This document shows, piece after piece, positions 1 to 11,546 of a stretch of DNA of 64,000 bases. The position numbers were made by a program, and so were the translations under genes. Position 1 is the first letter of the stretch. Each line of letters starts with the position of its first letter. The notes under the pieces are model-generated. The model did not search any database. It had not been told where the DNA came from and worked only from the letters and a program-made list of their open reading frames with translations. Origin of the DNA: Psilocybe cubensis (lineage: Eukaryota); contig CM039007.1 in assembly GCA_017499595.2 (NCBI GenBank), forward strand, positions 1,550,001-1,614,000. The letters run 5' to 3'.

Positions 1-2625
1 CTCGGCGGCATCGGCGGCGGATGCGGTGGGTGCGGAGGGTGCATCGCATACCCCTGCGAAGGGTGCGGAGGTGGTGGAGGCGGAGGCGGCTGAGCGTATT
101 GACCATGGTACGGCGCGCGCGGCTGCGGCGAGCCCGTAGGTGCGCGATACGACGCGGCGTAGTCGTACGCTCCCGGTACAGGTACAGGTGCGGGAGGAGG
201 AGGTGGTGGAGGCACAGACGCCGCGTTCGGAGGCGCGAGCGGTGGTGGGATGGTGCTAGGCGACGAGTTTGCCGTGGCTGAACCTGGGACGGGCGGCGCA
301 GGCGTAGCATACTGGGGTGGCGGGGGCGCCATGGCGTGCGGTGGTGGTGGAGGCGGCGGCGCTTGCTGGTGCTGAGGTGGAGGTGGAGGCGGGAGGGGCT
401 GCCCCATCTGTTGATGGTGAGGATGCGCCTGTGGAGGCGGTGGTTGCTCATAATACCCATATTGATGCGGCGGCGGCTGTTGCGCGTACATTGCACCAGG
501 GTAATCGTACCTTCCCGGAGGCGGCATCGGCGGCGGCATCGTCTGCTGGGGATAAGCAGCGTAGTACGGGTGCATGCCTTGCTGCTGCTGCTGCTGTTGC
601 TGCTGTTGCTGATGATGGTGGTGGTAAGGGTCATAAACAGGCTGTTGTGGGTGCGGTGGTGCCCATTGCGGGTACGGCGCGTATCCCTGCGGGGGAGGCG
701 GCGGGGCACCGTGCATAGCATGCGGCTGCATGACGTGCGGGGGCGGAGGCATCGGCTGCTGCTGCGGCTGCTGTTGCGGCTGCATCTGCTGAGGCGCATA
801 CTGCTGAGGGTGCTGCTGATGCGGCGGGAGCTGCTGCTGCTGCTGCTGGGGTGGTGGCGGCGGTTGGCTTGGGTCGCGGTACATCGGCGGCGGGCCCTGA
901 GGGATCGGCTGGGGTTGCGCAATAGGTTGCTGCGGTTGCGGTTGCTGCCCAGGCTGCTGCTGCTGCTGTGGTTGTTGCTGTTGCTGGGTATCGTAACCGG
1001 ACATAAACCCGCCGCCGCGCCCGTCGAACACACTGGGACCAGGCAACGGCGCAGGCGTCGAGCTCATACTCCCAGGCGGCGGGATCTCCTGCGCAGCTTT
1101 TGGTGGTGGAATACCTTGCGGAACAGGCGGCGGGATCGTCGGGCCCATACCCGGATTACTAGACGCAGCCGGCGGCCAGGGCTGCTGCTGCTGCTGCTGC
1201 TGCTGTTGCGGCACAGGCGCCAGACCAGGGGGCGGTCCAACGCCCGGGGTCGACGCGCCGAGATCGATGATATCGTCTACTCGGCTCCGCTTGGACTCGC
1301 GTCGTTTGGGCTGAGGACGCATGTCGTCGTCGTCGTCGTTGTCCGATGTGACGTCCATGGGCACGACCTGCGTCAGCTGTGGATTCGGCCGCTTCCGCAC
1401 ACGGATGTCTTTGCGTATACGGATCTTGATACCTTGGTCGGCCAGCGAACATGATAGTGGTGTTGACTCTAAAGTGAGAGAGTGAATGAATGTTTGGTAA
1501 GCTTTCCGGTGAAAAAGGGAGGGGCCATGATCATGGACATACCCTCCATTCCAGGGAATTTTTTTGCAGTGTACACGTAGAATGGTGCGGAGTAGATCGA
1601 TTTACAGTGCCGGACATTATTCCTGTAAATGAAAAAGAAAGAGTTAGAATAGAAGAACAGTGATAGTGATGTCTGTCATAGTCCGGCGTTGCACTCGCCC
1701 GCACGTGGAAAGGTGCAGCGAACGGTGGATCTGACCGACAGCTCGGTGCGTGATTGGTGCCTCGATCAAGGGATTGGCGCCAACGAAGCAGCATCAATCC
1801 CCGTGAAAAAGGGCCCCGCTTGGCGGAGACGCGGAGTGAGGCGGAGATACAGGGAAATTGAGTGTACTCACGCAACGACCTCGAATAGACTGAGTTTGAG
1901 GCGGTAGCTTCCTTCAGTCCTCACACTTAGATCAGGGAAAACGAAGAAGCCCGCATCTTGATATGGATGGATCAGTGGAAGCGAATAGCGGCAGCTTGCC
2001 AAGACTGACTGACCTTCGTTGTTGTGTTGAGGATCTTTCAAGTGGTATAGTGATGAAACGACAGAACCTGTCGTGCACCTTGTCCGGCCGTCCTAAGGCA
2101 GGCAAGATTAGACATGAGAAAGGGAAAAACAAAGGGCGAATAGTCGGACCTTTAGCCAATGCAATTCATTGTCATCATCCGGGCGAGCGAGACTTGCAAA
2201 CATGAAATAATACGGATTTTGGAGGAATGATTGGGCGTAGGCTGCGCCTTCGTTGTCGTCCGAGTGCTGGCGGACGGTCGAGCTGGAACTGGGTGTAGGC
2301 GAGCCGGGAGGTGAGCCCGTAGAGCTGTTTCTCCTGCGACGAGAGGGAGAGATCTGGGAGGGCCCGCCCTGGGCTGCTGGGTCGATTACGCGGAGCTGGA
2401 CGATAGGCGGTGGATCTATGGGTCGGCGGTCGGCTGGCGACGAGGGGTCGGTTGGGATAGAGTATGAATAGATTGGGATTTGGAGGACGGACCTTTGCCT
2501 CCGACACCACACATGCGGGCCTGCTTTGGCTCCTGGCGAACGACGAGCTCATATATCCTGCGGTGGCCGGGATCGTAGTTGTTGATGAGATCGCACGGGT
2601 GGAATTGGGGTATAGAGATGGGCAT
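1..2625 (-). CDS. Velvet-domain transcription regulator with long Q/P/Y/H-rich C-terminus (3' end outside window)
   Basis: Spliced translation gives velvet motifs YELVVRQEPKQARMCG, DRRPIDPPPIVQLRV, FLQNPYYFMFASL, GSVVSSLYHLKD, GFFVFPDLSVRTEGSYRLKLSLFE, VYTAKKFPGMEESTPLS, QGIKIRIRK; ATG at 2625; GT-AG introns. Confidence 0.93.
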
Positions 2626-4136
2626 GGAATAGAAGAGTGAGCGGTGGAGAAAGAGAAAAGGAGAGAGATATAAAAGAGAGAAGAGAGAGACTCCCACAGA
2701 GGGCGACCCACAACCAAGGATTCGGAGCGGGTGAGGAAAGAGAGAAAGGGGACTCACAGTCTGTCTCTGTCGTAGGAGTAGTGGGCAGCCATGGGGCTGA
2801 AGGGGGCGAACTCTGGGGGATCTGAAGGATGGGTGGTGGTGGCTGGATGGTGCAGCGGGGGAAGAGACTGCTGATCCATCTATCTTGCTGCTTGTATGTA
2901 TTAACTACGGCGGTCAGTTCTAGCGCCAATTAGGGTTTGTCCGGCGCAACAATCCACTCTTCCGGGTCAACTCCCACACCACCTTGCTGGGTCCCCACGC
3001 CGTCTTCTAGGGTCCACTAATCGTGGAAATCAATCCATCTTATCAGATCAATGTCCCGTTTCCTGGGTCTCTTTTCCAACGTTTAGCCCAATGTCAATGT
3101 CACCGTATATTTTTAATTTACCCCCGGGCACCCGCAGGGCCGTCTCCTAGGTATATCGCTTGCCAGCGCCGCCCTATTGTGCCAATGCCCACTGCATTGG
3201 CGTTGTTCACCTTACGACATCCACAATGCTTTGTATAAAGGAGGGGCTTGTTCCAAAATTCCATATATCCTGTCAACACTTACTTCACTTTTGATGCGTT
3301 TCACAGTCCACTCCACGTAGCCCAAAGCCTTATGTTCCAGAACACACAAACTCAAAAAACACGCCGCCGTCGACAAAAATGCATCTGATCCATCACATCC
3401 TTCCTTCCTAGCTACAACCTACCACCTACCACCCAAACCACTGGTACACCACCTGCCGTTGCCCAAATCCACACCATCCCTTCACACGCACATTTCCACT
3501 TCATCTCGCGCCGTATATAAAAACAACGACATCCCAGAGCCTCGTAAATGTAATCTCACGTAACGACGTGGACTTCGACCTCGAGCGCGACGTACATGAC
3601 AAGACAGACCCCAGTGCTGGGTAGCTGGGTGCTGGGTGCCGAGCTAGGTCCCAAGAACCAAACCCACAAATAATTTCAATGAACTGCACTGGGACTGAGA
3701 CTGATGGCCGGTCCAATATTGAACACACCACACCCATCTCATGAGCATGAGCATAATATGATCAGCTGGTGCGGTGCTGTTATCAGATTAAATTCCACTC
3801 AACACTCAAGGTTTCCTGCATGCAATGCAAAGATAGACTCGGACTTATCAGATAACACCCCTCCGCCTCGAGTTCATCGTTTGCGTCTTAAGCCCTCAAC
3901 GTCAATGCTGGAGGCTGGTACACACCCATCCTCAGGGGGCCATTCCGACCCGCATGCCGGGGTTGGAGTTCTAATCCGAGCGCTCGAATACCCACGTACT
4001 AGCTTCTCGGGTCGACCGTCGCTTTTGCCATCCGCCATCCGCCATCCATCATCCGTCATTTGAACATTCGCCTTTGCCATTGCCGGTTAACGCGTCGGCC
4101 CAAGACACTGGGCCGCGTCGTGGTCGTGTCACGAAC

Positions 4137-4392
4137 CCAGAAATACAGAAATACAGAAATTGACGATCCAGAAATACATGTTCCAAGATCCAGAAATACA
4201 TGCCGAAACATTCTAGGACCTAAGACCTAAATATTTAATCCAGGATCCAGAAATACATGCCTTGCCACACCCTGCTTAATTCTAGGACCTAACCCAAATC
4301 CCGAATCCCAAATTCCAAATTCCAAATCCGCAGTGCCGGCTCACATTCGCATTCGCATTCTCATTCGCATTCTCATTTTCATTCTCATTCGC
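4137..4392. repeat. Short tandem/dispersed repeats (CAGAAATA units, GATCCAGAAATACATG x3, CATTCG/CATTCT array)
   Basis: Repeat units read directly upstream of the velvet gene. Confidence 0.7.
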
Positions 4393-5751
4393 ACTTTAAG
4401 TGTCTTTGAGTGTCTTTGAGTGTTTTTGTGTGCGACGGTGGGACGGTGGGACGGCGCGACGGTGCTGAGAGGACTGCGTTCCCCCTCGGAAACGAGTTCC
4501 CAGAATCAGAGACTAGATAGAGGAAGGCTGGCACCCTGGACTGGAACACGAACGCGAACACGAACACGAACACGAAATTGCGCTGCGCTGCGCTACGGTG
4601 CGGCACGGTGTGCGGTGCGGTGTGGTGCGGTGTGGTGTGGTCCACAGGGGCGGCTGAGGGCGGCTGGCAATGCGCAAGGTAACAAGTTGCCGCCCCATCC
4701 CACGATACTTGAATAAAATAATAATTTTATGCATTATGACGCACCGAGGAAAAGGAAACAAGGCATCGGTTCTCGGGTACGGTACGGTACGGTACTTGCT
4801 GTACTTAAGTTACTGTACTTGCTAAAATGATGCGAGCCGACTCGCACGTCGCATGTCGTATTGAGCCGAGCTGTGTCTGTTTCTGTAACGGGTCCCACAT
4901 TGACGATTGGCGGGATTCTACTGGTAAGTTCTGTGTCGTTGTAGTGTTACTTACAATTGAATGTACATGTCATTTTCAGATCTGGCAACTACACCGCACT
5001 GCGCTGAGCTGCGGGGTGCATCGCGTTCCTACCTCGAGAGTGGAACTCTGAACGTGAACTCTGAACTCTAATTTCGAGGGAGAACTCACGGGCAACTCAC
5101 GGGTGTGAGTATCAATGTCCCCATCAGAGTCGGGCTTAAGTATGCGTGAAGTCACTTTGTTTCTGGATCGGAACCCGAATCCTGGGATCTCTCAGCCTTC
5201 AGGCTTCATTCAGGTACCAAACTTGAAGATCAAGAATCAAGGATCAAGAACGCATATATATACGGCTCTTTTTTCGCGCCTGTCCAGTAAGTTCTTACCG
5301 CTTACCGGGACTTCTCATGATGGGCCTTTTCGACTTTTCGACTTTTCCCTTTCATTCCATTTCATTATCGAGGGAAATTAAGATTCTAAGGACTCGGAAT
5401 AGTCACTTTGTTCCGGGCATCAATGTTCATTTTCAGATCTTTTATAATTACCCAGAGATTCGGTGCTAAGTAAGTATGTAACACGACACGACGACACGGC
5501 ACGACATGAACATCGACATCGACATAGTTGACGAGTCCGAGTCGGATTTCATTATATCACATCACATTACATTACACTCAATCACTCAATCTCGAATCTG
5601 GATCACATACCCTCTGTGTCCGTGCGAAATATAATATTCGCGCCATGCTCCGCGCACGCGCGATGCACATGCGTATCATGTCAATGTTCTGTCTGAAGAT
5701 TTGAAGCATGAAGGTTGAAGGTTGAAGATTTGAAGATTTGAAGATTTGAAG

Positions 5752-6423
5752 GGATTATTCTATTCAGAAACCCCAGAAACCCTAGAAACCCCATAGACAC
5801 CCTCAAAATTCATAAAATCGTTATGAATGTTGCGATGAAGGTGTGATGAATGTTCAGAATGCCGCTACGGCGGATTAAGTAGGAGCTTGTATTCTCATGC
5901 GGGCCGTTTCAAGTGGCCACTCGGGTGCGTAGGCGCAACTTCGCTCGAAAATGAAAAAAGCAGTAAGTGAACAACTTAAAAGCCTAGAAACCTATGTATA
6001 ATGTATTTCCTTGTACCTAACACCACTGCTATACTCTCTACTTCCTGTATCTTATAGTGCTCTGGATGCCCTACCTCGGTGTTCATAAACATCAAATATG
6101 ATATCCCTTCGAATAAATAACCATTAAACGACTCGAAGGTTCCTGAATGGGTTTGTTGAGTTTTATTGGCACTATGGGTTGCATTAGAGACGTTAGCGTA
6201 CCGGAATTGAACAATTGAATGTATTTACATGAAGACGATCAACCATTGATTCAAAGGCAACAACGACGGCACGACACGGCAGACCAGCAAAGCTAGGTCG
6301 GACCTTAAACCTCCCATAAATGTTCAAGCAGGGGTTTAGAATGTTGCTTCGAGGACTATTTAGAAACCCCTGGGGTTTCTAGGGGTTTCTAGGGGTTTCT
6401 GGGGTTTCTGAATAGAATAATCC
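5752..6423. mobile_element. Non-autonomous TIR DNA transposon (Mutator-like MITE), 672 bp
   Basis: Left end GGATTATTCTATTCAGAAACCCCAGAAACCC matches the reverse complement of the right end (...GGGGTTTCTGAATAGAATAATCC); 9-bp direct flanks GATTTGAAG (5743-5751, 6424-6432); no ORF. Confidence 0.85.
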
Positions 6424-6756
6424 GATTTGAAGATTGAAGGTTGAAGTGAACCATCCGACGTGGCCGAGGACTCGGATCATGTCACCGCCAACGCTCAGAC
6501 AAAAACAGACAAAACGGTCGGCGGTGGCAGTCATACATGACACCTCTCCAACAATGTTAGGAGAATATTAAATAACCTGCGAGTGTTACGGGGTTTAAGC
6601 ATTCCAATTTCCGGCACCGTCGACAATGGACATGACATCCCTCTACTACACCTTATCCTACCCCTCACCCCTCTTGACTCCCCCCCACCCGCACCCCCAC
6701 CCACCGGCGCGCGCGTACCGCACGCACAACACGCGCATGGTACCACAGCATCTCAA

Positions 6757-6856
6757 GGCCGTGTGGCGAAATGGCATCGCGTCTGACTACGATTAGTTGT
6801 ATCTCATACGACTCTTTGAAATCAGGAGATTGTAGGTTCGAGACCTACCTCGGTCA
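6757..6856 (+). tRNA. tRNA-Arg(ACG) with ~28-nt intron (6793-6820)
   Basis: Acceptor stem GGCCGTG/CTCGGTC (one mismatch), D-arm TGGCGAAATGG, anticodon arm TCTGA-CT-ACG-A..A-TCAGG, T-arm GTAGG-TTCGAGA-CCTAC, oligo-T terminator immediately after. Confidence 0.9.
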
Positions 6857-7024
6857 TTTTTGTTTTATTTTTTGTTTTATTTTATCAACTTTTGGAGGTT
6901 TAAATCAGAGTTTATCCACCAAAAGTTTTCTTTCTTATGTTTTTTTTTTCGATAAAAGAATACTACGACTTCTCGTATACATACTTCGTATACATTTGTC
7001 AGGAATCAAGCTTTTCTCAGATCC

Positions 7025-7058
7025 AGATTGTAGGTTCGAGACCTACCTCGGTCATTTT
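7025..7058 (+). repeat. Duplicated 3' part of the tRNA-Arg gene
   Basis: 34-bp exact match to 6827-6860. Confidence 0.85.
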
Positions 7059-7559
7059 CTGTATCAAGTTAAAAGTTTATGTGACTCCACTTGGACTCCA
7101 CCGGAAGTTTTTTTCTTTGTATTTCTTTGTCGGATAATGGGTTAGCTATAAATGGAAGGAAAGAAAACACTCGACACTGCCACCGAGCTTCGATAAAGAT
7201 GAACAATGACGCTTGAAGCTCTATCGATCGATACTCGCAGTAGATGAGTATGGGTTGGTGTAAAAGGTGGCGGCCGATGGGAAAGTGATATGTGGCATTA
7301 TTATTGACACGTTTGGTCATGGGATGGCTATAAATGGAAGGACTGACAACACTTGACACTGCCACCAACAAGGTGCATGAAATTGCTTTTGATACAATTC
7401 GAGTGCAAAAGATCCTCTTGAAAATCACTTACAGCGTTTCTGATTTCCGAAAAGCATCGATAAAAGCAATGAGACGACTGCGAGTCTATCCAAATACATG
7501 AAATATACACGATATCTCTTTTTGTTCCCTTCCACCTGCCAGTAACGACGACCATCCCT

Positions 7560-9762
7560 TTAATTCCCGACAATAAACGCGCCAGTGCCTACAGAATCAA
7601 ACAAGAGCTGCGTCCGCGCAGCATCCGTCCGCGCACCGCTATCCAACACCTGCGTGACGGAACCCGGAGGCCCCACCGGCTTCAAGCCCAGACTCTGCAA
7701 GCTGACCGAGGTGCTGAAGTAGTTCATGTTCGTCGCGAGCACCAGTGTCTTGGGGCCGACGGTCCATAGGCCGATGTCGACGCGGTTGATGGTAATTTGG
7801 CGGAAGGTCGCGGAGGGGCTGAGGATGAAGGGGGTCATTTTGGGTAGGGATTGGGCGAGGAGAGATGCGGAGGCTTTGATGTCGGGTGTTGTGGGGTCGT
7901 CCCATGATACGACGCCTAATTTTCGAGGATAAGTGTGTCAGATAATCAGTACCAGTGTTCCTTGAGTATAGCGTACCTAGACCACCGTGGTTGATTCCAA
8001 CGACACTTTCAACGACAAATTCTTGGCCCGTTGGGAAACGCTATAAAAACAATTTGTTAGAGCCAACTAGATATATCAATTTTCACCGCCGGACCTTCCA
8101 ATAGCTACAAAAGAGATCATCAGTACGCCGAATATCATCAAATAAAAAAAACGACGAACGTGTCATTTCCGAATCCTTGAGGAACAGTCCACACAGCCTT
8201 TGTACGTTCCCATCCGTTGATAAAGTTGCGTTCCCTGAACTCGTCCATTCTCGTGGATATATCTTCAAATGATCCTTTGCAATTATCGCATCTGGAGTAA
8301 TGGTGTCACAATGCGAATATGTTGAAGTAGAAGATAAGGACGAACCCGCAGTCACCGTAGTCGGGTGTACAAACGGTACCCCACTGAGACGAAAAAGTGA
8401 CGTTGTTGCCGATCATGTACGTGTCCTGCAGGACAATGTCTGCACCACTGGCATAATCACTAAACAGATTTCTTTCATGAGAAACTGTTTGCCTTTGCAC
8501 ACTCGACCAACAAAACGTACGTGTAATGGAAGTTTTCACAGTTGAGGACCAGGGACACCGGGTGGTAGCCTGCACCTCCCAAACCGTCTCCTCCGTCCAA
8601 GGATTGGATCAGGTTGGACGACTTGAGGGTGGCGTCGAGAGGGTCGGATGTGCCGTCAGGCTCGTCGCCTGTGTACCAGAGTAGTAGGTTTGGTCGCGAT
8701 TTGATACGGTTGACTTGTTCGGTTACTGCAGTCGCGTTCATGTAGTCCCTTGTTATCTCTGTCAGTTGTTTTTACAGCTAGGCGATAAACATACAACACC
8801 TACAATCGCATGTCGTACATCAAGTACAAACCAGCTTCCTGCATTTTGTCTAGTACAATGTCGAGGGCGGTCAAGTTGTCAAACGATGGAATGGGGTGCA
8901 CCTTTGAAAAAATACATTTCAGAGAAAATTAGGTTATATTTTTGGGCAAATGGCATACCACAGTGAATCTATTAAAAGATCATAAGCGATGAACGTTGAA
9001 TGGCAGAGACAAAAACGCACCCTTGAGCCTTCAACTGAGACGGAATGGTGAAATCGTTCACCAAGTAACCTCCAAAGTCTGTGTAGAAACCAATCGGGAA
9101 CACTGGCGCAAATGGACCGGGCTCTCCAGTTGCAGGCCGAGCCAACACTGCTCCGGTTCTCAAATCCATCTTCGTCACCGATCCAATATCAGCAGGTGGA
9201 GGGGGAAGGAAGCTCAGCGATCCTGAAGCCTCAAATTTCTGCGATTGGAGAGTCGCGGTACATGAGATATTGAACGCCTTGGTCTGTGGTTTCAAGGCGG
9301 ATAGCTTGAATGGTAGTGCGTGTTTTGTCGCGTTGAGAGGTACATTTCCACTGGCGAGTTTCTTCCCATCGACTGTAACGGTGACTGAAAGCGAGGTAGA
9401 GGTAAGATCGTTGAGATGGGGAAGGCTGATTGGCGCTGCATTTGCTATCTCAGAGAAAGTGACAGGCGTGTCAATTAGAATAGCGACGTCATCTGAATCC
9501 GAGTTGGCGTCCTCTTCTAGGTACGGTCTGATAGCTGGCGAGCAACGCAGAGCAAGAAGAGGCGTTTTGGAAACAGCGGGTATAGGGAACAATCCACCTG
9601 GTGGGACGATGGGGGATGATGCCATATAGTGCTTGCCGCACCTGCATATAATCAATCAGGATCGCCCTTCCAGTATTTCATAGTCTGAAGGCTGCTCAAT
9701 ACTTACCATGTCTGTGCTGATACACCAAGTACCAAGCTCACTAGAATGAACAGCCGCTGCAT
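7560..9762 (-). CDS. Secreted uncharacterised glycoside hydrolase-like protein (probable TIM barrel)
   Basis: Signal-peptide-like MQRLFILVSLVLGVSAQ; motifs PVFPIGFYTDF, LLLWYTGDEPDG, YHPVSLVLNC, DIVLQDTY, AVWTVPQGFG; canonical introns. Confidence 0.75.
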
Positions 9763-11546
9763 TGCTGTAGAGGTGTAGAAAGAAAACTTTCATACTTGAT
9801 GTCCTCTTGTTATAAGCTACGCCCGCACGGAAAAGCCATGTGGAAGAGAAGAGGCACTATGCCAATTCGCATGTTGCACGCATGGAGTTGGGTCACCCCA
9901 CCTCCAATTCGTAGGTTCTAATCTCCGTAAAGTATGATAATTCACATAAATAGGTTAGATAGTTTGTTCTGCACGTCAAAATGTTGAAGAAGGCCTTCGA
10001 TTTGCTGGCATTTACGTGTTCGACCGTCGACAGTGGGAGTAGCGGTGTGCGATATAAATGTATCTGCAGAGATATGACAAATATAGATAGATGAGCGGCT
10101 CGGTGACTACCAGCGAAGAGGTGTAAGGCAAAGTCTGTAGGTGGGCGCGGGAAGAGAAAACCTCAAAAGGGGCCGCCGCGTCGCGATCGTCATGGCACGT
10201 GCTATTCTCAATCGGCCCGCCATAATTACGCTCTATTTTTAGAACAGCTGGGGTCAGGCATCTGTCATGAACGTCGGCTTCGGATGAGGCTATTTTTTCT
10301 GCACCTTGTTACAGCATTATTGGTTAAATGAGGAACCTTATCTCAGTGGTACGGGTCGGTAAAAAGACATCTACATCTATCCATGCATCCTAGAACTAGA
10401 AAGCGACATTACTCGGTTTTCATCACACACGTGCCGTTTCCTACTAATTAAACATACCGGTCTGCTTCAAAGTCAGCAATACACACGGCTAGATCTACGC
10501 GACTGATTGGATGCACTATATCTCAGTAGAAGTATGCCGAAAAATTGAATGTGGAAGCTATGGCTTACCCAGCAAAATTGAGTCTTCAAGGTCACTTGAA
10601 CCAATAAAAATTAAAACACGACTGTGACATATCCAAATCCGCGGTAGATAAAGGTGTAGACACTAGTTGCATGGTACTGAGGAGTTTTACGGAGGATGGT
10701 TCCAAGCTACTGAAACTTTCTAACCTGCAACACGTTCTATCCTGAGTTAGCGATGCATAGAATGTGCAGGGAGCCAAACGCATATCAATGAAATTAATCT
10801 CAATGCTACATTATAGGCGGAAGGAACAGTACATGTATTCAGTCCATCGAGGCCTAGACATGTTTTAAAGGGGGAATTGCTGCAAAAGCATTCAGCTAAC
10901 CTGCCCACTGGCGAACACAACGCGAACGTGCACCTTCTTAGGTTGCCATTTCCGGTAATGGGCCAAATAAACAACGGCCCTTGGCTCTGAGTCTTTGACT
11001 CTTGAACCCATCTCCACTTCAATTCCCAGAGCGTACTCAAAAAAAAAAGAAGCATCGAATGGATCTATATATTTCTTCAAAGCTTCGCATACCTCTAAAA
11101 CTCCTTCTTGACTTCCCCTTGTCATTCCGTGCTCACAAAACAACATATATGCGCGTCGAATGGACTTTTTCATCATTTTTCGAGGACTCGACACGATCGG
11201 TTTATCAACGTTGGATGCGCTTTGCACAAGGCACCACAACTTCATAGCGGCGACTTGATCTGCTCATCTCTACGTGGTTTGCCTCATCCGGTTTGCAGGG
11301 GCATGTCCATCCCGTCATAATCACATTGGGGAGCCAAGAGCGCATCCCACAGGACCCGTCTCTGACGTCCTTGGCAAAGGATTGCTATTGACTCCACTGC
11401 ATGGATATTTGACGAACGTGTTCAAACGGCTTTGTAGAAAAGAATTGGGTCGTAGTCCTTTCTCTCCAGTTACGCAAGTTCCCCGCAGTCCCAACTCAAC
11501 TCAACTCAACTCCCTTGTTGCAGTCGCCTCCGCCTAGTTCCTTACA

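Noticed and set aside
21-1454. Long plus-strand Arg/Leu/Ala-rich ORFs
   Set aside because: Antisense shadows of the velvet low-complexity exon
10892-11245. 117-aa minus-strand ORF between the GH-like and MFS genes
   Set aside because: No recognisable motif or splice structure; may be a remnant but unsupported
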